Positions 26,383-33,641 of a DNA stretch of 35,715 nucleotides are shown piece after piece; positions within the stretch are counted from its first letter, which is position 1, and every line of letters starts with the position of its first letter. Made by a program: the position numbers and the translations under genes. Below the pieces are notes generated by a model. It saw only the letters and a program-made list of their open reading frames with translations, was not told the DNA's origin and did not search any database. This DNA is from Clostridia bacterium (GTDB lineage: Bacteria; Bacillota; Clostridia; Oscillospirales; CAG-272), in the NCBI GenBank assembly GCA_017456965.1, contig JAFTIJ010000151.1, positions 1 to 35,715 on the forward strand, written 5' to 3'.

Positions 26383-26414
26383 TAGTTTAGCCAAAATAAA
26401 TGGAAAATAACGCA

Positions 26415-27185
26415 TTACTTTATCAGTCTTACGATAATCATCGCGGCACCGAGCACGGTCAGGACGACACCCGTCGCGCGGTTCATGACGCGTGGTGAAG
26501 CGCGGTTGGCAAAGAGTGCGGCGACGCGCGCGCCGACAAGCGTAAAGACCACGCAAATGAGAAGCGCCCAAAGGTCCGGCAGTCCGCCGTCGATCACAAA
26601 ATGAGAGAGCGCCCCCGTAAACGCCGTAAACGTCATGATGAATACGCTCGTGCCGACCGCCGTTTTCAATTCATAGCCGAGCACACTCGTCAAAACGAGA
26701 AGCATCATCATGCCGCCGCCCGCACCCACAAAGCCGCAGATAAAGCCGATCAGCATACCGCACGCGATCGACTGCCAAAGGCGGGTACGCGCACTTTTTT
26801 CGAGCATACGCTCCTTCGTGGTCATAACGGGACGCACGATGAACTTGACACCGAGCAAAAAGGTCATAAAGACCGAGAAGGTCCCCATGGTAGACGACGG
26901 AACAAGAGAGGCAACAAAGCTTCCCACCGCCGTGAAAACGAGGACGGCGGCAAGCATGGCAAGTCCGTTTTTGATATCAAGATTCCGATGCTTGCCATAG
27001 GTATACGCGCTGATAGCAGAGGCGAGCACGTCGGAGGCAAGCGCGATGCCAACCGCCTCATAGGGATCGAAATTCAGGAACGTGACGAGCATCGGCGAGA
27101 TCACCGCCGCCGCAGAAAGTCCCGAGAGCCCCGTCCCGATCCCCGCGCCGAGTCCCGCAAGCAGACAAATAACAAATGTGAGCAT
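26415..27185 (-). CDS. TauE/SafE (DUF81) family anion exporter-like membrane protein
   Basis: Polytopic membrane protein with two Gly-rich repeats (GLGAGIGTGLSGLS... and GFVGAGGGMMM). The start is set at the ATG 27183-27185 with an AAGGAG SD. The ORF-track extension to 27242 overlaps a terminator hairpin. Confidence 0.8.
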   Translation of the reverse strand: MLTFVICLLAGLGAGIGTGLSGLSAAAVISPMLVTFLNFDPYEAVGIALASDVLASAISAYTYGKHRNLDIKNGLAMLAAVLVFTAVGSFVASLVPSSTMGTFSVFMTFLLGVKFIVRPVMTTKERMLEKSARTRLWQSIACGMLIGFICGFVGAGGGMMMLLVLTSVLGYELKTAVGTSVFIMTFTAFTGALSHFVIDGGLPDLWALLICVVFTLVGARVAALFANRASPRVMNRATGVVLTVLGAAMIIVRLIK

Positions 27186-27220
27186 AAATTCTCCTTCGAT
27201 AAGCGTATTGGGGTTCATAG

Positions 27221-27254
27221 CCAAAAGAGACAGCCGAAGCATACGCCTCGGCTG
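27221..27254 (-). terminator. Rho-independent terminator or attenuator after the TF-like lipoprotein gene
   Basis: The minus-strand RNA reads CAGCCGAGG-cguaug-CUUCGGCUG followed by UCUCUUUUGG. It lies 35 nt after the stop at 27289. Confidence 0.6.
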
Positions 27255-27288
27255 TCTCGGATCTATCCGTTAAAACAAAGCTGCAAGA

Positions 27289-28701
27289 TCATTTCTCGGT
27301 CTCAACCGCGCGGAACTCGGGCGCACCGACGATGCGCGACATGAGGTGCTCGGCAAGAACGGCGTCGATGAAGGACATACGGAGGATCTCCGCGCCCATC
27401 ATATCCTCAAGATCTGCCGCCGTACGGCTCAGAGAGGATGCAAGCTGAGCAAGATCCTTTCTGTAGTCCTTATCGGTGTATTCCAGATCAAACTCGGCAA
27501 GGAGCAGGTGAACCAGAACATAGTGATAAGCCGCGGACTTTGCATTCTCCTCGATGAAGAGCTTGTCGCTGCCGTTGGGGTAGATCATATCCTTGACCTC
27601 AGCCTTGGTATAGCTCTTGCCCTCGTCAGCAAACTGAGCGAGCTTCTCGGTTACGACCTGTGCAACGTAGCTCTCGTAGATCTCCTCAAAGGTCTTGACG
27701 AGCTTCTTGGGGTAAGCAACGGGGGTGGAGACGGAGCCTACGTAGTCTGCGATCGCAAACTCGATATAGCTCTCTACGCGATAGTACTCCTTGAGCTCCC
27801 AGAGGCTCTCAAAGGGGGTATTGTCCGCAATGATCTCGCCGTCGCTTACGATCTTGTCGATCTTGACGGAGAAGACGGCTTCCTTACCGGCAAGGGTCTC
27901 GTCCTCGTAATCTGCGGGGAAGGTCACGGTGATATCAAAGCGCTCACCGTCCTTATGACCGATCAGCTGCTCCTCAAAGCCGGCGATAAAGGCACCCTCG
28001 CCTACGGTCAGAACGTAGTCGTTGGCGGTACCGCCCTTGAACTGCTCACCGTCGATCTTGCCGACGAAGTCGATCTGGATGCTGTCGCCGTCCTCAACGA
28101 TCTGCTTCTCGACGATATAGGTATTATAGAAATTCTGGAGCTTTGCAGTGATCTCGCTGTCAGTATAGAGCGAGGGAAGATACTCCCTGACCGTTACCGT
28201 AAACTTCACGGTCTTGCCTGCCGCCTCGGTATTCTCGCAGGTCTCGGGGATCGGCATGGTGAAGCTGAAGGCCTCGCCGATGCGGATCAGTCGGGGCGTA
28301 GCAACCGACACGGTGGTATCCGTGGTCAGGCACATCAGTGCGCTGTCAAAGACGACATTGGTATCGTAGCGGAATGCGTCGTAGTTTTTGACGTAATCGG
28401 TATCGCTGTTGCGCGTCCAATCTGCGAGCGCGGTGGTCGTACCGTCCTCGTTTACGATCTCAGAGGTAACGGCAAAGCCGATGTTGTAGCCGGCGTTGAT
28501 ATAGAAGGTAGGCGATTCAGCCGCCACACGTGCACGGCGTACGTTGTAGAACTTTACAAGCTCACTGTACTGGATCTCATCGATATTACCCAGCGTTACG
28601 TAGGAACCAAGGTCCTCCTTGGTCACGTCGAATTTACCGCAGCCGGCAAACACGGAAACACACAGGGCAAGAACGAGCGCAAGGCAAAGTAATTTCTTCA
28701 T
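27289..28701 (-). CDS. Lipoprotein with trigger-factor-type FKBP PPIase and C-terminal chaperone domains
   Basis: Signal peptide plus lipobox MKKLLCLALVLALCVSVFAGC. The PPIase block GDSIQIDFVGKIDGEQFKGGTANDYVLTVGEGAFIAGFEEQLIGHKDGERFDITVTFPADY...AGKEAVFSVKIDKI closely resembles the trigger factor PPIase domain. There is no GFRxGxxP ribosome-docking motif. An alternative start lies at 28725. Confidence 0.8.
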   Translation of the reverse strand: MKKLLCLALVLALCVSVFAGCGKFDVTKEDLGSYVTLGNIDEIQYSELVKFYNVRRARVAAESPTFYINAGYNIGFAVTSEIVNEDGTTTALADWTRNSDTDYVKNYDAFRYDTNVVFDSALMCLTTDTTVSVATPRLIRIGEAFSFTMPIPETCENTEAAGKTVKFTVTVREYLPSLYTDSEITAKLQNFYNTYIVEKQIVEDGDSIQIDFVGKIDGEQFKGGTANDYVLTVGEGAFIAGFEEQLIGHKDGERFDITVTFPADYEDETLAGKEAVFSVKIDKIVSDGEIIADNTPFESLWELKEYYRVESYIEFAIADYVGSVSTPVAYPKKLVKTFEEIYESYVAQVVTEKLAQFADEGKSYTKAEVKDMIYPNGSDKLFIEENAKSAAYHYVLVHLLLAEFDLEYTDKDYRKDLAQLASSLSRTAADLEDMMGAEILRMSFIDAVLAEHLMSRIVGAPEFRAVETEK

Positions 28702-28743
28702 AAAATTTACAAGTCCTTTCTGCATTCAAAGCATTTACACGAT

Positions 28744-28772
28744 ATTATAACATATTTTTTTGAATATTGCAA
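28744..28772 (-). promoter_or_regulatory. Putative promoter of the TF-like lipoprotein gene (TTGCAA-17-TATAAT)
   Basis: On the minus strand, -35 is at 28767-28772 and the consensus -10 at 28744-28749. Confidence 0.5.
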
Positions 28773-28802
28773 CCTTTTTTCCGTTTTATTTCCGATATCT
28801 GT

Positions 28803-28834
28803 GAAAAACTTTTTTCACGAAAAACTTTTTTCAC
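28803..28834. repeat. Perfect tandem duplication of a 16-bp A/T-palindromic unit GAAAAACTTTTTTCAC
   Basis: The units are 28803-28818 and 28819-28834, with a third degenerate inverted copy up to 28846. The repeat spans the stop codon (28815-28817) and the last codons of the TIM-barrel gene. Confidence 0.85.
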
Positions 28835-29663
28835 AAAAAAGTTTTCTCGTAAGATATCGGAGCGTGCGGTTCAGGCGCGGGATATCGACCGAGCCGTCGG
28901 GAGCGACGACGGGGGACTCCAGCGTCACCGTATCCGCCACGCAGGGCGGCATCGCGTCAAACAGCGCGTCAAAATCAATGACGCCCTCCCCGGGGTGCAG
29001 GATCGGGCGCGTCACCCCCCACAGCCCGGGCACCGTCTCGCCCGTATAATCGCTGACGTGGAGATGACTGATGCGGTCATGCCAGAGGGGGCTTGCAAAA
29101 AAGGTCTCGATCTGCCCCATCACGTGCGCATGGCGGGTATCGAAGGTAAAGCAGGCGTCGGGGTATCTCGCCGCGACGGTCTCGACGTTCTCATACGGTG
29201 ACGGTACGCGCGAGGGGATATTCTCGACCAGGAGCTCCATGCCGTGCCGGTCGGCGATCTCGTAGAGCGTCTCCAGGAGTGCGATGCCGCGCCCGATCTG
29301 CTCGGGTGAAAATCTGCCGTCCCAGAGATGGTAGACCGCCTTATCCGCGCCGAGCATCTCGCCGAGCTGTACGTTTTTGGTAAAGCGGCGCAGACCCTCC
29401 TTGCGCTCCTCCTTGCCGTATAGACCGAGCAGAGCCGTAATATCCTTTTCAAAGTGGATCGTGCGGACGCCGACGTCGCCGCGCATGAGATCTCTTGCAA
29501 CCTCATGCATTTTATCGTAAAAGGCGGAAACGAACATCAGCTCAAAGCCGTCGGCCTCGATCTCCTTATGATGCTTTACGATCAGCGTGTGATCGTACCC
29601 ATTCGCCCTGCCCACGAGCGTACCCGTGGAGCACAGCAATTCCATATTCATATCCATGATCAA
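28815..29663 (-). CDS. Xylose-isomerase-like TIM-barrel protein (AP_endonuc_2 / sugar phosphate isomerase-epimerase superfamily)
   Basis: Superfamily-type motifs are LVENIP, FDTRHAHV, LHVSD and HPGEGVIDF. The start is either a TTG at 29663 overlapping the lexA stop or an ATG at 29657, 2 nt after the lexA stop. Confidence 0.8.
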   Translation of the reverse strand: MIMDMNMELLCSTGTLVGRANGYDHTLIVKHHKEIEADGFELMFVSAFYDKMHEVARDLMRGDVGVRTIHFEKDITALLGLYGKEERKEGLRRFTKNVQLGEMLGADKAVYHLWDGRFSPEQIGRGIALLETLYEIADRHGMELLVENIPSRVPSPYENVETVAARYPDACFTFDTRHAHVMGQIETFFASPLWHDRISHLHVSDYTGETVPGLWGVTRPILHPGEGVIDFDALFDAMPPCVADTVTLESPVVAPDGSVDIPRLNRTLRYLTRKLFCEKSFS

Positions 29664-30262
29664 TAGTAGCGAATATTCGCGATCACCTTTCCCAGAATGT
29701 AGACCTCCTTGGTCATGATCGGCTCCATGGTGCGGTTCTCGGGCTGAAGTCGGAACATCCCGTTCTCACGGTAAAAGGTCTTGACCGTTGCCTCGTCGTC
29801 GATCAGCACGACGGCGATATCGCCGTTCTCCACGTAGCTCGTGCGGTTGACGATCACGGTGTCCCCGTTCATAATGCCCGCCTCGATCATGCTCTCGCCC
29901 TTGATCCTCAGCGCAAAGAGCTCCCCTCCGGAAAAGCCTCTGCCCGGGCAGAAATCCACGTAGCCCTCATAGTTCTGCTCCGCGAGGATCGGCACGCCCG
30001 CCGCCACCTGACCGATCAGCGGCACGCGCAGTGACGATGAGGGTGCGCTCTCCGCACCGATGCGCAATGTGCGGCTCTTGCCCTGCTCCTTTTGAATATA
30101 GCCCTTATCTTCGAGTCTGTTCAGATAGGAGTGGACCGTCGCCGTGCTCTTGATACCCAGCGCATTCTGGATATCCCGCACGGACGGTGCATAGCCGTTC
30201 TCCTCTATGACCTTACAGAGATACTGATACATTTCTTTTTCTTTTTCGGTTAGATTCGGCAT
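29660..30262 (-). CDS. lexA: SOS repressor LexA
   Basis: N-terminal wHTH (YAPSVRDIQNALGIKSTATVHSYLNRLEDKGYI). Ala-Gly cleavage site (QVAAGVP). Catalytic Ser (KGESM) and Lys (LGKVIA). Confidence 0.93.
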   Translation of the reverse strand: MPNLTEKEKEMYQYLCKVIEENGYAPSVRDIQNALGIKSTATVHSYLNRLEDKGYIQKEQGKSRTLRIGAESAPSSSLRVPLIGQVAAGVPILAEQNYEGYVDFCPGRGFSGGELFALRIKGESMIEAGIMNGDTVIVNRTSYVENGDIAVVLIDDEATVKTFYRENGMFRLQPENRTMEPIMTKEVYILGKVIANIRYY

Positions 30263-30315
30263 TGCTTGCCCCTTCCCTGTCCCGCATAGGCGCTAAGACA
30301 CGTTTTTACTCTTTT

Positions 30316-30344
30316 ATCATATCATACTTTTTTCAAAATTGCAA
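30316..30344 (-). promoter_or_regulatory. Putative lexA promoter (TTGCAA-17-TATGAT)
   Basis: On the minus strand, -35 is at 30339-30344 and -10 at 30316-30321. A second overlapping TATGAT lies at 30321-30326. Confidence 0.45.
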
Positions 30345-30394
30345 AGGGGTTATACAATTTTTCAAATACTTTTCACACTTTTTCCGATTGTCTG

Positions 30395-30438
30395 CCAAAA
30401 GACGCAAGCGGGCCGTCCGAGGGAATCGGACAGCCCGC
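30395..30438 (-). terminator. Probable terminator of ireB
   Basis: A 13-bp GC-rich stem (30408-30420 / 30426-30438, one G.U pair on the minus-strand RNA) with a 5-nt loop is followed by UUGCGUCUUUUGG. Confidence 0.55.
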
Positions 30439-30547
30439 CGTCGGGATCGCGCGCTGTCAAAATACCGCGCACGACAATTCCCGGAATTTCAAAAAAAGAA
30501 TTGCATTTTTCTTTTCTATCTATTATAATAGTAAGAAGAGAAACGCC

Positions 30548-30817
30548 TCAGATATGGAGATATTCGCGAAGCATACTGCCGAGCAGCTCGTCACGGTCGA
30601 TCTTACGGATCAGCCCTCTGGCGTTGCGATGGTTGGTAATATAGGTCGGGTCCTCGGAAAGGATATATCCAACGAGCTGATTGATGGGATTGTATCCTTT
30701 CTCAAGAAGCGCGGCGTACACCTCCTGTAGGATCAGTCGGTTCTGTCGTTCCTTTTCGCTTCCAAGGGCAAAGGTCATCGTCTGGTTCATGGTGGGATCG
30801 TTTGAATAAGCCGGCAT
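30548..30817 (-). CDS. ireB: IreB-family regulatory phosphoprotein (UPF0297/YrzL)
   Basis: [48 protein letters not shown] closely matches the UPF0297 core as I know it from B. subtilis YrzL. The N-terminal TMTF Thr-containing motif is present. Confidence 0.9.
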   Translation of the reverse strand: MPAYSNDPTMNQTMTFALGSEKERQNRLILQEVYAALLEKGYNPINQLVGYILSEDPTYITNHRNARGLIRKIDRDELLGSMLREYLHI

Positions 30818-30982
30818 GTGTCATCTTCCTTTCCGAATTTCACAAAACTTCTGTACTCTTCTATTGTATACCTAAAATTTGATTTTTTCAACATTTTTTT
30901 ATGAACTTACAAAAAATATTTCACAGGATTTCATACAACGGGGCTAATCACACGAATCAAAACGAGAGGTAAGGTATTTATT

Positions 30983-31519
30983 ATGGAAATCAAACGCAAG
31001 AAAATCACCGATGAAAAGATCTACGAGACCGAGCAGACGCTGATCCGCGACATCACGGCGCTCTGCGAACAGAAGCGCGACGACTTCGCCGCGCTCGGCT
31101 ACGAGCTGGAGCTGATCTTCAGCCAGAAGGAGAACGAGGCACAGCATCTCTACGCACCCTATCAGGCGGACCCCGCCAAGTGCTTTGACGCGGGCTACGT
31201 CAGCCGTGCGCTCATCAACGTCAAGCGCTTCAAGACCGAGGAGGAGATCGCGGAGGATCTCTGCGCAGAGCAGACGAACCGCGAGATGCTCGACGCCGCC
31301 GAGTCCGAGGAGGAGGTACAGGCGCTGCAGGACGAGGAGGAGCTTCGTCTCGCCGACGACCGCAACCGCCGCCTTGCCGCCTTCACGGAGCTGATGATGA
31401 CGCGCACCTACCGTGCCTTCTGGACAGAATGGGCGTCCCTTGCCGACGGCATCCACGAGATCGAGGATGACCTCACGGAATTCTACGGCAAGCTGAAGGA
31501 AAAGGCCGCGAACGCATGA
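30983..31519 (+). CDS. Acidic 178-aa protein of unknown function
   Basis: The ORF has a GAGAGGTAAGG SD and host-like codon usage. It ends 16 nt before queA, so it is probably co-transcribed. I recognise no motifs. Confidence 0.6.
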   Translation: MEIKRKKITDEKIYETEQTLIRDITALCEQKRDDFAALGYELELIFSQKENEAQHLYAPYQADPAKCFDAGYVSRALINVKRFKTEEEIAEDLCAEQTNREMLDAAESEEEVQALQDEEELRLADDRNRRLAAFTELMMTRTYRAFWTEWASLADGIHEIEDDLTEFYGKLKEKAANA

Positions 31520-31535
31520 AAGAGAGAATAAAACG

Positions 31536-32615
31536 ATGATCCGAAACGAGCTTACCCAGACCAATCTCAAAACCGCAGACTTTTACTACGATCTGCCCGA
31601 GGAGCTGATCGCACAGCACCCGACCGAGAAGCGCGACGAGGCGCGTCTCATGGTGCTCGACCGCAAGACGGGCGAGATCGCTCACCGAATCTTCCGCAAC
31701 GTCACGGAATATCTGCGCCCCGGCGACGTCCTCGTCGTCAACGACTCCAAGGTCATCCCCGCGCGTATCTACGGCAAAAAGGTACACGCCGACGGTCAGG
31801 AAGGCGCGGAGTGCGAGTTTCTGCTCCTGCGCCAGCGCGCGCTCGACCGCTGGGAGACCATCGTGCGCCCCGGCCGACGCCTGAAGGAGGGCGCGGTCGT
31901 CCACTTCGGCGACGGACTTCTGCGCGCGACCGTGTGCGAGGTCACCGAGGACGGCAACCGCATCGTCGAGTTTGATTACGACAGAACTACGGGACGCAAT
32001 CTCTACGCCATCCTCGACGAGATCGGCAGAATGCCTCTGCCCCCCTACATCACCGAGGAGCTCAAGCGCAATGAGGACTATCAGACCGTCTACGCGCGTG
32101 AGGAGGGCTCTGCCGCCGCCCCCACCGCAGGGCTCCACTTTACCAAAGAGCTCCTTCAAAAGATCGAGGCGATGGGCGTCACCATCGCCCCCGTCATGCT
32201 CCACGTCGGTCTCGGCACCTTCCGCCCCGTCAAGGCGGAGAATATCACCGACCACGTCATGCACAGCGAATTTTTCACCGTAACCGAGGAGAGCGCCGAG
32301 AAGATCAATCGGGCGCGTAAAAACGGCGGCAGGATCATCGCCGTCGGCACCACCGCCTGCAGAACGCTGGAGAGCGCGTCCGATGAGAGCGGCACCGTAC
32401 ACGCCATGTGCGACGACACGGGCATTTTCATCTATCCCGGCTACCGCTTCAAGGCGGTCGACGCCCTCATCACCAACTTCCACCTCCCCGAGAGCACGCT
32501 CATCATGCTCATCTCCGCCTTCTCCGACAGAGATATCATCATGAACGCATACCGCACCGCCGTGGAGGAGAAATACAGATTTTTCTCCTTCGGGGATGCG
32601 ATGCTGATAGAATAA
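31536..32615 (+). CDS. queA: S-adenosylmethionine:tRNA ribosyltransferase-isomerase QueA
   Basis: [26 protein letters not shown] and PPYI motifs, and FSFGDAMLI at the C-terminus. Confidence 0.95.
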   Translation: MIRNELTQTNLKTADFYYDLPEELIAQHPTEKRDEARLMVLDRKTGEIAHRIFRNVTEYLRPGDVLVVNDSKVIPARIYGKKVHADGQEGAECEFLLLRQRALDRWETIVRPGRRLKEGAVVHFGDGLLRATVCEVTEDGNRIVEFDYDRTTGRNLYAILDEIGRMPLPPYITEELKRNEDYQTVYAREEGSAAAPTAGLHFTKELLQKIEAMGVTIAPVMLHVGLGTFRPVKAENITDHVMHSEFFTVTEESAEKINRARKNGGRIIAVGTTACRTLESASDESGTVHAMCDDTGIFIYPGYRFKAVDALITNFHLPESTLIMLISAFSDRDIIMNAYRTAVEEKYRFFSFGDAMLIE

Positions 32616-32629
32616 GAAAGAGTGATCCC

Positions 32630-33634
32630 ATGACGAAACACAAAATCCCCGTGATCGCGGTACAGGGACCGACGGCGAGCGGCAAGAGTGCCTTGGCGCT
32701 TGCCATCTGTAAGCGCTACGGCGGCGAGCTCATCTCGTGCGACTCCATGCAGATCTACCGCCGTATGGATATCGGCACCGCCAAGCCCACGCACAAGGAG
32801 ATGGCGGAGATCCCGCACCATCTGATCGACATCTGCGATCCCGACGAGAGCTTCTCCGCCGCCGACTTCTCCGTGCGCGCCGCCGACGTTATCGCAGACG
32901 TATATCAAAGAGGCAAGCTCCCCGTGCTTTGCGGTGGGACAGGCCTCTATCTTGACTCCGTTTTGCGTGGCGTTGATTTCGGTGAGCTCCAAACAGACCC
33001 CGCCTACCGAGAGGCGCTTGCCGCGCGTGTAGAGGCGGAGGGGGTACAGGCTCTGCACGACGAGCTTCGCGCGTGCGACCCCACCGCCGCCGACGCCATC
33101 CATCCGAATAACGTCAAGCGCGTGATCCGCGCCCTTGAGATCTGCCGCTTCTCGGGCATGACCAAGACCGCGTGGGACAAAAAGGCAATCGAGGGCGACT
33201 CCCCCTATCATTCTCTCGTGATCGCCCTCGACTATCGGGATCGGGACGTGCTCTACGAGCGTATCGGACGGCGCGTGGATCAGATGATGGAGACGGGGCT
33301 CATCGAGGAGGCGCGCGCGCTCTTCGACGACGGGCTTCTGACCCCCGACAGCACCGCGGGCGGCGCCATCGGCTACAAGGAGCTCCTCGGCTATTTTAAC
33401 GGCACGGACACAAAAGAGACCGCCGCCGACGCGATCAAGCTCGCCACGCGCAGATACGCCAAGCGCCAGCTGACGTGGCTCAGACGCAATCCCGCCGTGC
33501 ATTGGCTCTCTCCCGACGCCTACGCGGATACGGACGGGCTGACCGAGGCCGCCTTCGCACTCATTGAAAAAGACTTTGGAGAATACGTCACCGCACCGAC
33601 ACCCGATCTCTCGGGAAATAAAAATGAGGAGTAA
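32630..33634 (+). CDS. miaA: tRNA dimethylallyltransferase MiaA
   Basis: Within ORF 32408..33634. The start is the ATG at 32630 (MTKHKIPVIAVQGPTASGKSALA, P-loop). The upstream ORF extension overlaps queA and is His/Arg-rich nonsense. Confidence 0.93.
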   Translation: MTKHKIPVIAVQGPTASGKSALALAICKRYGGELISCDSMQIYRRMDIGTAKPTHKEMAEIPHHLIDICDPDESFSAADFSVRAADVIADVYQRGKLPVLCGGTGLYLDSVLRGVDFGELQTDPAYREALAARVEAEGVQALHDELRACDPTAADAIHPNNVKRVIRALEICRFSGMTKTAWDKKAIEGDSPYHSLVIALDYRDRDVLYERIGRRVDQMMETGLIEEARALFDDGLLTPDSTAGGAIGYKELLGYFNGTDTKETAADAIKLATRRYAKRQLTWLRRNPAVHWLSPDAYADTDGLTEAAFALIEKDFGEYVTAPTPDLSGNKNEE

Positions 33635-33641
33635 GCTCTCC

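Noticed and set aside
26288-26414. CtsR (GGTCAAA repeats) or CIRCE (TTAGCACTC-N9-GAGTGCTAA) heat-shock operators upstream of lon.
   Set aside because: Neither motif is present on either strand. Only an A/T-rich 8-bp inverted repeat, TTTTCCAT-N16-ATGGAAAA, was seen, and it is too weak to call an operator on its own.
30339-30644. 101-aa TTG-initiated ORF divergent from lexA with a hydrophobic N-terminus. It could have been a YneA/SidA-like SOS division inhibitor.
   Set aside because: It has no SD. The start lies inside the lexA -35. It reads through the GC-rich ireB terminator hairpin and then antisense into ireB. Its composition is Arg/Ser-rich and atypical for this genome.
30818-30982. A riboswitch (for example preQ1) or T-box leader ahead of the unknown-queA-miaA unit, and likewise in the other long spacers.
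   Set aside because: I could find no conserved riboswitch cores, specifier or T-box sequences, or terminator/antiterminator pairs. The spacers are simple AT-rich promoter regions.
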